Source of the DNA: Oscillospiraceae bacterium
Lineage (GTDB): Bacteria > Bacillota > Clostridia > Oscillospirales > CAG-272
Length of the DNA stretch: 64,000 nt
Assembly: GCA_015065295.1 (NCBI GenBank)
Contig: SVQN01000005.1
Span: forward strand, 2,133-66,132
Direction: 5' to 3'
The notes below the pieces were generated by a model. It made no database searches, was not told the origin of the DNA, and saw nothing but the letters and a program-made list of their open reading frames with translations. Shown here piece after piece: positions 12,217-19,926 of this stretch. Every line of letters begins with the position of its first letter. Position 1 is the stretch's first letter. Position numbers and translations under genes: made by a program.

Positions 12217-12279
12217 TAAAGTTCTTTGCACAGCTTTCTTTTAAGAAAGCGCGTTTCCCCTGCACGCTACCCTCCGCAC

Positions 12280-12519
12280 TCACTCCCCCTCAGCCCGGGA
12301 CTTCAGAGCCGAGGTAGAAATATGAGTAAACACCACCCCGTCATCCGTCAGAACGAAGGAGCGGGGGAGATCGTCGCCGGCGGTCAGAGTCAGACCCGCC
12401 TTGTCGCAGCGTTTCAGAAAATCTTTCGTTGTGACGGAATCCCATTTGCCGTCCATGTCGAAGAAACCGAGGACGGAACGGTCGCGGATCAGACTGCCTG
12501 CACCAATGTGTATAAACAT
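12280..12519 (-). CDS. remB: DUF370 protein, RemB (YaaB)-like
   Basis: MFIHIGAGSLIRDRSVLGFFDMD...FLKRC...PRSFVLTDD...STSALKSR follows the B. subtilis YaaB pattern. It also occupies the YaaB position upstream of gyrB. Confidence 0.8.
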   Translation of the reverse strand: MFIHIGAGSLIRDRSVLGFFDMDGKWDSVTTKDFLKRCDKAGLTLTAGDDLPRSFVLTDDGVVFTHISTSALKSRAEGE

Positions 12520-12531
12520 ACAGCCTGTTCC

Positions 12532-13797
12532 TTATTTATTCATGCGGGTCGGCATGACGAAACTGATGAACGAGGACGGGTCTTTTTCCTCATCTTCCGA
12601 ATTTTTGTTCGCGTAGTCGGCGGCCGCATCAAACTTGCGTTCGCTGAAGACCGTTTCGTCCGGACGCGCGTCCTTGAAGGTTGTACCGCCCGCGGGCTCG
12701 ATGACAGCCCCCTTCAGCGATTCGTTCAGACGGATACGCAGCGTCTCACAGTTTGTGGAAGTTGCCTTGAGAGCATCCAGCAGGTAGCGTCCGTCGAAGC
12801 CGATCGAGATGTCCGCGCCGCCGACCGCTGCCGGAACACGTTCGCGGACCGAGCCGCCCGCCGAAACAGCGGAAAGAGTGACAGCATTGTCACCGATGTC
12901 CAGACGGATCGGCGATTTGCCTGCGCCGCCCAGTTTGTATTCCGTCACGATGGACGCGCGTTCCACGGCACTGCGGAGATCCGCCGCCGAAACGTAAACT
13001 TCCGTCCGGTAGGTATCCGGGAAAAGGCGTTCGTAGTCGATGTATTCCACATCCAGCATCCGGGTGAAGAAGTGGATTGTGTCAATTTTGAAAATAATGT
13101 GCTTGCGGCCGACCATCATGGTCACTTCGTCTTCCGTATCGCGGAGCATCTTGGTAAGCTCTCCCAGGAATTTTCCGGGGATCAGAATTTCCGAATCTGC
13201 GCCGCCGTTCGGAAGCGGGCATTTTGCCGCCGCCAGACGGAAGCCGTCACAGCCGACCACAGTCAGTTCGCCGTTCCGGATCTTGAAAAATGCGCCGTTG
13301 AAGGCCGCGCGGGTATCGTTCTGAGCGACCGCGTACACTGTCCGGCTGACCAGCTGTTTGATGATATACTGCGGGATACGGTAGGTATGTTCGCCGACAA
13401 ACTGCGGCATGGACGGAAATTCCTCGCCGGGTGCCGCCGTAATATCAAAAGAAGACTGGCCGCCCGCGATGTGAACGCGTCCTTTATCATCAATTTCAAT
13501 CGTAATGCTGCCGTCCGGCATGGCACGGATGATCTGAAGAATCTTGACCGTGTCAATGACAAACATACCGGTTTCGCCGATTTCGCATTCTACGGATGTG
13601 CGAAGACCTTTTTCAAGGTCGAAGGCGGAAATACGGCAAAGATTCGGGTTGGGATCCTCTACTTCTCCGAGGCGGGGATCCGGCGGGCATTCAAAAAGAA
13701 GACCGTCCACCGAAGCCATGGTGTTTTTGGACTGTGAGATACCTGCGGCCGGAGTCAGCGCGGCAAGCAGTTTCTGCTTATCAAATGTAGCTTTCAT
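12532..13797 (-). CDS. dnaN: DNA polymerase III beta sliding clamp
   Basis: Start moved to MKATFDKQKLLAALTPAAG (GAAGGAG RBS). It sits in the position downstream of dnaA. The track ORF N-terminus reads through parS. Confidence 0.95.
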   Translation of the reverse strand: MKATFDKQKLLAALTPAAGISQSKNTMASVDGLLFECPPDPRLGEVEDPNPNLCRISAFDLEKGLRTSVECEIGETGMFVIDTVKILQIIRAMPDGSITIEIDDKGRVHIAGGQSSFDITAAPGEEFPSMPQFVGEHTYRIPQYIIKQLVSRTVYAVAQNDTRAAFNGAFFKIRNGELTVVGCDGFRLAAAKCPLPNGGADSEILIPGKFLGELTKMLRDTEDEVTMMVGRKHIIFKIDTIHFFTRMLDVEYIDYERLFPDTYRTEVYVSAADLRSAVERASIVTEYKLGGAGKSPIRLDIGDNAVTLSAVSAGGSVRERVPAAVGGADISIGFDGRYLLDALKATSTNCETLRIRLNESLKGAVIEPAGGTTFKDARPDETVFSERKFDAAADYANKNSEDEEKDPSSFISFVMPTRMNK

Positions 13798-13837
13798 ATT
13801 CGGCTCCTTCGCACTCGTCCGGCGGGTTTTATCAAAA

Positions 13838-13853
13838 TGTTTCACGTGAAACA
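13838..13853. promoter_or_regulatory. parS site (ParB binding), perfect palindrome
   Basis: TGTTTCACGTGAAACA matches the Firmicutes parS consensus TGTTNCACGTGAAACA. It is embedded in the 24-bp palindrome AAAATGTTTCACGTGAAACATTTT. Confidence 0.9.
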
Positions 13854-13857
13854 TTTT

Positions 13858-14978
13858 TGATTTATTTTATATCGGTAGAATCACGGGAGATTCACCTGAA
13901 ATCCGCAGCGAGTGAGTGTACTATGAGTGTATTTGTGATTATTTATACAGCTTATTTATTTAATGTAGTGAGTTTGAAAAAATGTGAGTGTGTTGTAAGA
14001 TTGGCGGGTGGGTTGATTGTGCAGAGTGCAGATTTTTTTCGGCGGAACTGAATTTTTTCTTCTTATTTGCTTTTTTCCTGAAATTTGGGTGTATTTTCCG
14101 TTTAGAGGATGTACGTCCGGCGATGTTGGAGAGTTTTCGGTAAAGATAGAGTAAGAATTATATTGATATATAAGTTTTCAGTAGTAGTGGTAGTAGGAAC
14201 TGTGGGGTCTGTGGAAAACCTGCTCCAGCGCACGTTTCTGTACGATTTCTGCCGTTTTTTCTCAGATTTTTCTGAAAAAAAACGTATTTTTTTAATTTAA
14301 CCGTTTTTTCGGCCGATAAAATGGTGCTTTGGTTTTGTGGACAATTCTTGGAAAGTTCTGCGCTGTTTGTGATTCCGGCTCGAAAAAATGGGTGTATATT
14401 GATTGAAAATGCTCCGTTTTCCGCATATTTGGGTGTATTTTTCGGATACGCAAAAATTTTTTGTTTTCCAATGGCGTTTCCAACGGAAGTTTCCTGCCGG
14501 GAGCGATTGTTGAGAACCGGTCTTTCTCCGCCCGGGAAGAATCGAGCCGGGACGGTAGATAAGCATTTTTTGTGGAAAAAACGACGGTTTTTCATGAGTT
14601 TTCCAAAGGCTGCGGAGTCTTTTCCGAAAGCATGAACTTCGTATGAATTTTACGGAACTGAAAAAGCAAATTTCCGCGATTTCGGCGAATTTCGGCAAAA
14701 AAAATGAACAAAAACATTGGAAAATAGCGGACAGAACCAGATATCCACATAGGTTTTCAACAGCTTGTGGAAAACTGTTTTGGAAACTTTCCACCGCCGC
14801 AGCTGACAAAATATGGTTATCCAAAACCATTGGAAAACTTCTGTGGAAAGCGGGATACCGGCTGTGGAAAGGTCGGAAAAAGAGCAAAAAAGAAGAATCG
14901 CCCCTTTCCTGCGCGGAAAAGTCCACAGGAATCCACAGAAAATCCACAGTTGGAATCCGTGGAAAACCATCGGATTCC
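13858..14978. promoter_or_regulatory. oriC candidate (dnaA-dnaN spacer with DnaA-box cluster and AT-rich stretches)
   Basis: One-mismatch DnaA boxes: TGTGGAAAA at 14210, 14571 and 14766; TGTGGACAA at 14336; ATATCCACA at 14741; TTATCCAAA at 14817. Weaker boxes at 14842 and 14863, plus a triple TCCACA array at 14918-14966. AT-rich DNA at 13857-13990 and 14270-14310. No credible gene in 1.1 kb. Confidence 0.65.
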
Positions 14979-16553
14979 TCAGCCGCGCTTGATCTCTTTG
15001 GTGATCTCGTTGATCGTTGCATCGAGAATCGGATCAGACGACAGTTCGGTTTCCACGGCATTGATGTTGGAATGAATGGTACTGTGGTCGCGGCAGAAGA
15101 CGACGCCCATCTGGGGAAGAGACATATTGGTCACGGAACGGACAATGTACATCGCCACATTGCGGGCCGTCTTGATCTTTTTTGTGCGGGACGTGCCGAG
15201 GATATCCTCGACCTTGACGGAATAATGCTTGGCAACACAGTCAATGATGCGGCTGACCGTATCGGAAACGGGTTCGGCATCGCGGAGATATTCGGGAACC
15301 GTCTGAATGACCATTTCCATCGTCACCGGCTGACCAGTCAGAAGGTTGGAAACCGCGAGCTTCTTGATGACGCCTTCCAGCTGACGGATGTTTTCCTGAA
15401 GATTCCGTGCCAGAAAATCCACAACATCGGTCGGAACATCAATGTGGTTCTGACTGATCTTGTTTTTCAGGATTGCCAGGCGAAGCTCATAGTCCGGCGG
15501 CTGAATGTCCGCGAGAAGACCGGCTTCAAACCGGCTGCGGATGCGTTCTTCGAGCGAAGTCAGTTCACGCGGCGGACGGTCGGACGTAAGAATGATCTGC
15601 TTGTGGTCTTCGTATAACGCGTCGAACGTGTGGAAGAATTCCATCTGGGTTCCTTCCTTGCCGGCGATGAACTGGATGTCGTCGATCAGGAGCATATCCG
15701 CGCTGCGGTATTTCTGACGGAAGGCCTGATTCCAGCCGCGCTGGATGGCCAGAACGAGCTGATTGAGGAATTCCTCGCCCTTGACATAAACGACCTTCAT
15801 GCCGGGTTTGCGCTTGAGAGCGCGGTTGGCGATCGCGTACATAAGGTGGGTTTTGCCGAGCCCGGACGGACCGTAGATGAAGAGCGGATTGATCTTCATA
15901 CCGACATTGTCCGCGACATTGAGCGCGGCGGCATGGGCAAAGCGGTTGGAGTTGCCCACGATAAAGTTTTCAAAGGTGTAGTCTTCGTTGTAGGTCAGAC
16001 GGCGTTCTCCGCGGGATTCGTCGGGAGAGTTGGAGAATTCCGCGAACTCGACTTCGGTGACGTCGGCACTGTCCGCAAAAATAGAGACGGTCTCATTGCC
16101 TCTGCCTTTTTCCTTGTCGGAGTCGCGGTTCCGTTTGAGTTCGGCCTGACTGGGACTGACAGCAGCCAGCGGAAGCTGTTCCGCGGACGGCTTTTTTGCT
16201 CTGGGATTGTCTTTTTCTTTCTCGCGTTCCCTCACGATTTTGAGGGGGGAAACGACCGAGCCGTCGTCGGGGATTTCGGGAGCGAGGGACTCGTCCACTT
16301 TGATTTCCACGACGGGTTCATAGCCGATGGCTTCGACGAGCGACTCCACGAGGAGTTTCCTGTAATTTTTTTCAATGATGTCGCGCTTCAGTTCTTTTTC
16401 GCACACGAACACGGCGCGTTCGGCATCGAGGTAGGACATTCCCATCATGCCGAACCACAGATTAAACGACTGTTCACTTGGGATTTTTTTCTTCAGGTTT
16501 TCGCTCACCATCAGCCAGATTGAGGACAGATCCATATCGTTCTGCAATTCCAT
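14979..16553 (-). CDS. dnaA: chromosomal replication initiator DnaA
   Basis: Start set at MELQNDMDLSSIW (GGAGG 5 nt upstream). Walker A GPSGLGKTHL, DDIQFIAGKEGTQMEFFHTF, and the C-terminal DNA-binding region ARNVAMYIVR..FCRDHSTI. Confidence 0.97.
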   Translation of the reverse strand: MELQNDMDLSSIWLMVSENLKKKIPSEQSFNLWFGMMGMSYLDAERAVFVCEKELKRDIIEKNYRKLLVESLVEAIGYEPVVEIKVDESLAPEIPDDGSVVSPLKIVREREKEKDNPRAKKPSAEQLPLAAVSPSQAELKRNRDSDKEKGRGNETVSIFADSADVTEVEFAEFSNSPDESRGERRLTYNEDYTFENFIVGNSNRFAHAAALNVADNVGMKINPLFIYGPSGLGKTHLMYAIANRALKRKPGMKVVYVKGEEFLNQLVLAIQRGWNQAFRQKYRSADMLLIDDIQFIAGKEGTQMEFFHTFDALYEDHKQIILTSDRPPRELTSLEERIRSRFEAGLLADIQPPDYELRLAILKNKISQNHIDVPTDVVDFLARNLQENIRQLEGVIKKLAVSNLLTGQPVTMEMVIQTVPEYLRDAEPVSDTVSRIIDCVAKHYSVKVEDILGTSRTKKIKTARNVAMYIVRSVTNMSLPQMGVVFCRDHSTIHSNINAVETELSSDPILDATINEITKEIKRG

Positions 16554-16601
16554 ACTGCCTCCGGAAAGTATGTTTTTATACATTAAAATATATACCGATC
16601 T

Positions 16602-16630
16602 ATTATATCACAAAACGGCGCATTTGTCAA
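16602..16630 (-). promoter_or_regulatory. dnaA promoter (sigma-A type)
   Basis: Minus strand TTGACA-aatgcgccgttttgTGa-TATAAT, 17-nt spacer, extended -10. Confidence 0.6.
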
Positions 16631-16644
16631 GGAATATGGAGAAA

Positions 16645-17128
16645 CACGCCTCCGGCGGGGAAGGAAGAAAAAAGTACCGTTCCGGTACTTTTTTCAATTT
16701 TATGTCCCTGCGCGGGACGGCGCATAAAGGGGCTCAGACGCCGCCCCTTTATGAATTCCCGGCTTGACGTTCGGGGGACTCGCCCTTAAGGGCTCAGACA
16801 TACAGCGGTGTTCACTCAGCAGATTGCACGGAAGAACAGAGATTTCGTTTCACTAAAAGGTGGAACTGACATTTCAGTTTTCCCTCACGGCTATTTCTAC
16901 TGAACGAACAATTTGGACAGATTTGCACATAACCTTGTCTCTTCCTAAAAATCTGAATGCGGGCAAACCGCTGTCTGTCCGAGGCCTTAAGGGCGAGTCC
17001 CACGAACGTTTAGCCAGGAATTCACAAAGGGGCGGCGATTGAGCCCCTTTGTGCGCCCGTCCCGCGTAGGGACATAAATTTTGAAAAACGCCTTCAGGCG
17101 TTTTTCTTCCTTCTGCCCCGAAGGGGCA
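16645..17128 (+). repeat. L-family multi-hairpin element L1
   Basis: Long inverted arms (tatgtccctgcgcgggacggcgcataaaggggctcagacgccgcccctttatgaattccc... / ...gaattcacaaaggggcggcgattgagcccctttgtgcgcccgtcccgcgtagggacata) around an asymmetric core. A-tract/hairpin/T-tract modules at both ends. Confidence 0.85.
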
Positions 17129-17179
17129 CTTTTCAGGCATTTTGCTGTTCCATAAAATAAAGAAAATTTCCGAAACCTA

Positions 17180-17209
17180 TTGACAATCCGCGGTGAATTG
17201 TTGTATAAT
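17180..17209 (+). promoter_or_regulatory. rpmH operon promoter
   Basis: TTGACA-18 nt-TATAAT, about 75 nt upstream of rpmH. Confidence 0.55.
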
Positions 17210-17282
17210 TACCGTTGTCTATCTGCGCATTGTGCGTAAATTGGTAAAACAATTTTCTTAACTATGATAAGGAGGTGTGAAT

Positions 17283-17417
17283 ATGCTCAGAACATATCAG
17301 CCTAAGAAGAGACAGAGAAGCAAGGAACACGGTTTCAGAAAGAGAATGGCAACTGCTAACGGCAGAAAGGTTCTCAAGAGAAGACGCGATAAGGGTCGCG
17401 CTCGCCTCACCCACTGA
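17283..17417 (+). CDS. rpmH: 50S ribosomal protein L34
   Basis: [44 protein letters not shown] (44 aa). AAGGAGG RBS. Below the ORF-track length cutoff. Confidence 0.95.
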   Translation: MLRTYQPKKRQRSKEHGFRKRMATANGRKVLKRRRDKGRARLTH

Positions 17418-17442
17418 GTCTCAGAGTGTCCGGCCTATATCC

Positions 17443-17505
17443 ATAACCTCCGCTTTCTTAAGCAAACCCTGTTTGCTTTTCGGGAAAACCGGAGGTTATC
17501 GTTTT
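17443..17505 (+). terminator. stem-loop after rpmH (possible terminator or attenuator)
   Basis: ATAACCTCCG...CGGAGGTTAT encloses an inner hairpin AAGCAAAC/GTTTGCTT. Followed by cgTTTTa. Confidence 0.4.
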
Positions 17506-17564
17506 ATCTCCCCCTTTTTCCGCCTGTTTCGGACAAAGGGGACTTTTACGGAATTTTTTAACCA

Positions 17565-18059
17565 ATGAAATTCTACGCAATTACCGAAAATCACCTGTAC
17601 CGCAAGGCGTATAAAAACGGAAAGCGTTCGTCCCCCCACAGCATCTCTGTCTATGTGCTGCGCGACCGGCACGCCGCTCTCCTCAAAAAACAGAATCCCG
17701 AGAAGAAAACCATCAACCGCATCGGGATCTCAGCCTCAAAAAAAATCGGAGGTGCTGTACAGCGCAACCGCGCAAAACGGGTCATCCGCGAAGCCTACCG
17801 CCAGATAGACAAAGAAACCGGTATACGCACAGGCTATCTCATCGTGATCGTCCCCCGTACCGAATGTACAGTCCTGAAAATGCAGGATGTAAAACGCGAC
17901 CTGCTCTACGCCCTTGCCAAAACCGACCTGCTTGTCAAGTCCGACAAACCGGAGGACAAGCCGCCGAAAACCGGACCGGCTGCCCCCGCACCCAATACCA
18001 CCGACACACCTGACGTTCCGAAGGTACCGGAGACGGATTCCCATGATTCCGATGCGTGA
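17565..18059 (+). CDS. rnpA: ribonuclease P protein component
   Basis: RIGISASKKIGGAVQRNRAKRVIREAYR is the RnpA signature. Has a Pro-rich C-terminal extension. Confidence 0.9.
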   Translation: MKFYAITENHLYRKAYKNGKRSSPHSISVYVLRDRHAALLKKQNPEKKTINRIGISASKKIGGAVQRNRAKRVIREAYRQIDKETGIRTGYLIVIVPRTECTVLKMQDVKRDLLYALAKTDLLVKSDKPEDKPPKTGPAAPAPNTTDTPDVPKVPETDSHDSDA

Positions 18060-18363
18060 CCTTATTTTTCCGGAACGGGTACGGCGTGTCTTTTCGCGCG
18101 CCGTGATCGTTCTGCGGCACGTCTGGCTGGTTCCTGTGCGGCTGTACCGCCGTTTCCTTTCCCCGCTCAAACCCGCGTCTTCCTGCCGCTTTACGCCGAC
18201 CTGCTCGCGTTATGCTGTGGATGCCGTCATGGAATGGGGAATCGTCGCCGGTACTCTTATGTCGGTATGGCGCATCATGCGCTGCAATCCCTTTTCCGCC
18301 GGCGGATATGATCCGGTTCCTACAAGACGCGAGGTCTGGGAAAAACTGCGGCGGAAACATTAA
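18043..18363 (+). CDS. yidD: membrane protein insertion efficiency factor YidD
   Basis: YRRFLSPLKPASSCRFTPTCSRYAVDAV..GTLMSVWRIMRCNPFSAGGYDPVP. The start (ATG 18043, overlapping the rnpA end) is uncertain; 18052 is an alternative. Confidence 0.85.
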   Translation: MIPMRDLIFPERVRRVFSRAVIVLRHVWLVPVRLYRRFLSPLKPASSCRFTPTCSRYAVDAVMEWGIVAGTLMSVWRIMRCNPFSAGGYDPVPTRREVWEKLRRKH

Positions 18364-18388
18364 GACGGTTCGATTGTCCGGAGATAAA

Positions 18389-18573
18389 GTTCTTCTTTTT
18401 CTCCTTTATCGAGGAGTGCAGTTACTGCGTAACTGCCAAGAAGCAAAAAGAGGAACTCCTTGGAAGTCCAGAGAGTTTCGCGGACTGCGGTCCGCGACTT
18501 AGGGCTCTGCTGAAGATCCGAAGGATCTTCCAAGAACCCGCGACCTTTTGAAAAAGGTCGATCAAAACTTTTC
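18389..18573 (+). repeat. S-family four-hairpin element S1
   Basis: ctcctttatcgaggag; cgcggacTGCGgtccgcg; gaagatccGAAggatcttc; cgaccTTTTGAAAAAggtcg. Aligns with S2, with compensatory stem changes. Confidence 0.7.
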
Positions 18574-18654
18574 GTCTGGGTCAGTTGAAATCGTTTGTGA
18601 ACCCGTTACCCTATTGTCCGTAAAATCTGCACAAACTTTGTTTTATAACAGTTT

Positions 18655-18716
18655 GAAAAGGTTTTTGGGAGGGTGCGGGAACCCTTTTTCCTCAAAAAAG
18701 GGTTCCCGCGAAAAAA
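18655..18716 (+). repeat. U-family hairpin element U4
   Basis: gaaaaggtttttgggagggtgCGGGAACCCTTTTTcctcAAAAAAGGGTTCCCGcgaaaaaa. Confidence 0.7.
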
Positions 18717-18738
18717 CATCATTCCCCCGGAGAACCAC

Positions 18739-19860
18739 ATGGAAAGTATTTTTGATATTCTGTATATCCCGATGGGATATCTGATCCGGCTGGCATATTC
18801 GCTGACCGACAACTATCTGCTTGCCATCCTCCTGTTTACGTTCGTTATGGAAATCATCCTTTCCCCCTTCGGCATCAAACAGCAGAAAAATCAGGTCAAG
18901 CAGGCTTCCCTCGCTCCCAAGATCGCCGCGATCCGCAAGAAATACGCCGGACGCAACGACCAGGCCACCCAGCAGAAGATGCAGAACGAACTCATGGATA
19001 TGTACCAGAAGGAACATTACAACCCGGCCGGCGGCTGTGGTACCCTCCTGATCCAGTTCCCCATCATCATCTGCCTTTACAACGTCGTTATCAATCCCCT
19101 CCGTTATATCTGTAATGTTCCCAAGGCGGAAATCGAAGCACTCAAGACCTTCCTCACCGAGTCCGGCGTGACCCTCGATATCCGCAACGAACAGATTGCC
19201 ATCATCAACCACATCCGCGAGAATGTGCAGAGCTTTACCAGCATCGCGCCGTCTCTCGAAAATGCGGTCATCCCGAACTTCACCGTCGGTCCGTTTGACC
19301 TCTCCCAGATTCCCGAGATTTCCTTCAGCCCCTTCAACTGGCTGATGCTCATCCCGGTCATCACCTTCGTTGTGATGATCCTCTCCCAGAAGATCACCCA
19401 GAAGTTCACCTACCAGTCTCCCGAGTCCGCAGACGCGCAGAACAGCGCATCCATGAAGATCATGATGTGGACGATGCCCCTTCTCTCCGTTTACATCGAA
19501 TTCCAGATGGCGGCGGCAATCGGCGTATACTGGATCTTCCGAAGCATCATTTCCACGCTCGAACGCATCCTTTTCAGCAAGCTCTTCCCTGTGCCGAAGT
19601 TCACGGAAGAAGACTACAAGGCGGCGGAACGTGAAGCGAACGTGAAGGAAAAGAAGCCGAAGAAGGAAAACAAAGCCCCCGTCCGCAGCCTCCACCACAT
19701 CGACGACGAAGAATACATCGCCCGTCAGGAAGCGAAGGCAAAGGCTCTGGAAGCCGAAGAAGCCGCCGAACGGGAAGCCGCAGGGGAAACCACCGAAGCA
19801 AAGAACGGTGCCGCTCCCATCAAGAACGACGACAAATCGACCTACAAGAACAAGAAATAA
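18739..19860 (+). CDS. yidC: YidC/Oxa1-family membrane protein insertase
   Basis: Start moved to MESIFDILYIPMGYLI (GGAG RBS). LLFTFVMEIILSPFGIKQQKNQVKQASLAPKIAAIRKKY and MQNELMDMYQKEHYNP motifs. Lys/Glu-rich C-terminal tail. Confidence 0.93.
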   Translation: MESIFDILYIPMGYLIRLAYSLTDNYLLAILLFTFVMEIILSPFGIKQQKNQVKQASLAPKIAAIRKKYAGRNDQATQQKMQNELMDMYQKEHYNPAGGCGTLLIQFPIIICLYNVVINPLRYICNVPKAEIEALKTFLTESGVTLDIRNEQIAIINHIRENVQSFTSIAPSLENAVIPNFTVGPFDLSQIPEISFSPFNWLMLIPVITFVVMILSQKITQKFTYQSPESADAQNSASMKIMMWTMPLLSVYIEFQMAAAIGVYWIFRSIISTLERILFSKLFPVPKFTEEDYKAAEREANVKEKKPKKENKAPVRSLHHIDDEEYIARQEAKAKALEAEEAAEREAAGETTEAKNGAAPIKNDDKSTYKNKK

Positions 19861-19926
19861 GCAAGCAAACCTTTCAAGGAGACAGTTCCGGCGGGAAGTT
19901 CCCCGTTCCGGAACGAACAGCAGAAC

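Noticed and set aside
14297-15061. ORFs in the dnaA-dnaN spacer (14158-14595, 14297-15061, 14321-14635 and the 5' part of 14643-15617)
   Set aside because: They overlap one another in several frames, have no RBS, and their odd composition is driven by repeated TGTGGAAAA/TTTTCCACA boxes. The region is better explained as oriC.
16890-16925. Resemblance of ATTTCTACTG in the L1 core to the Cas12a direct-repeat handle
   Set aside because: Only about 10 nt match. The stem partner GTAGAT is absent, other L copies read GTTTGTAGTG instead, and there is no array and no cas12a.
16860-17042. Short ORFs inside L elements: 16860-17042, 26175-26357, 47274-47537 and 54160-54501, plus the MSLRGTAHKGAQ.. peptides
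   Set aside because: They start at GTG or lie within the palindromic arms. Copy 4 has in-frame stops at the same place. Differences between copies are indels and paired stem changes rather than third-position changes. The same peptide appears from both strands because of the inverted repeat.
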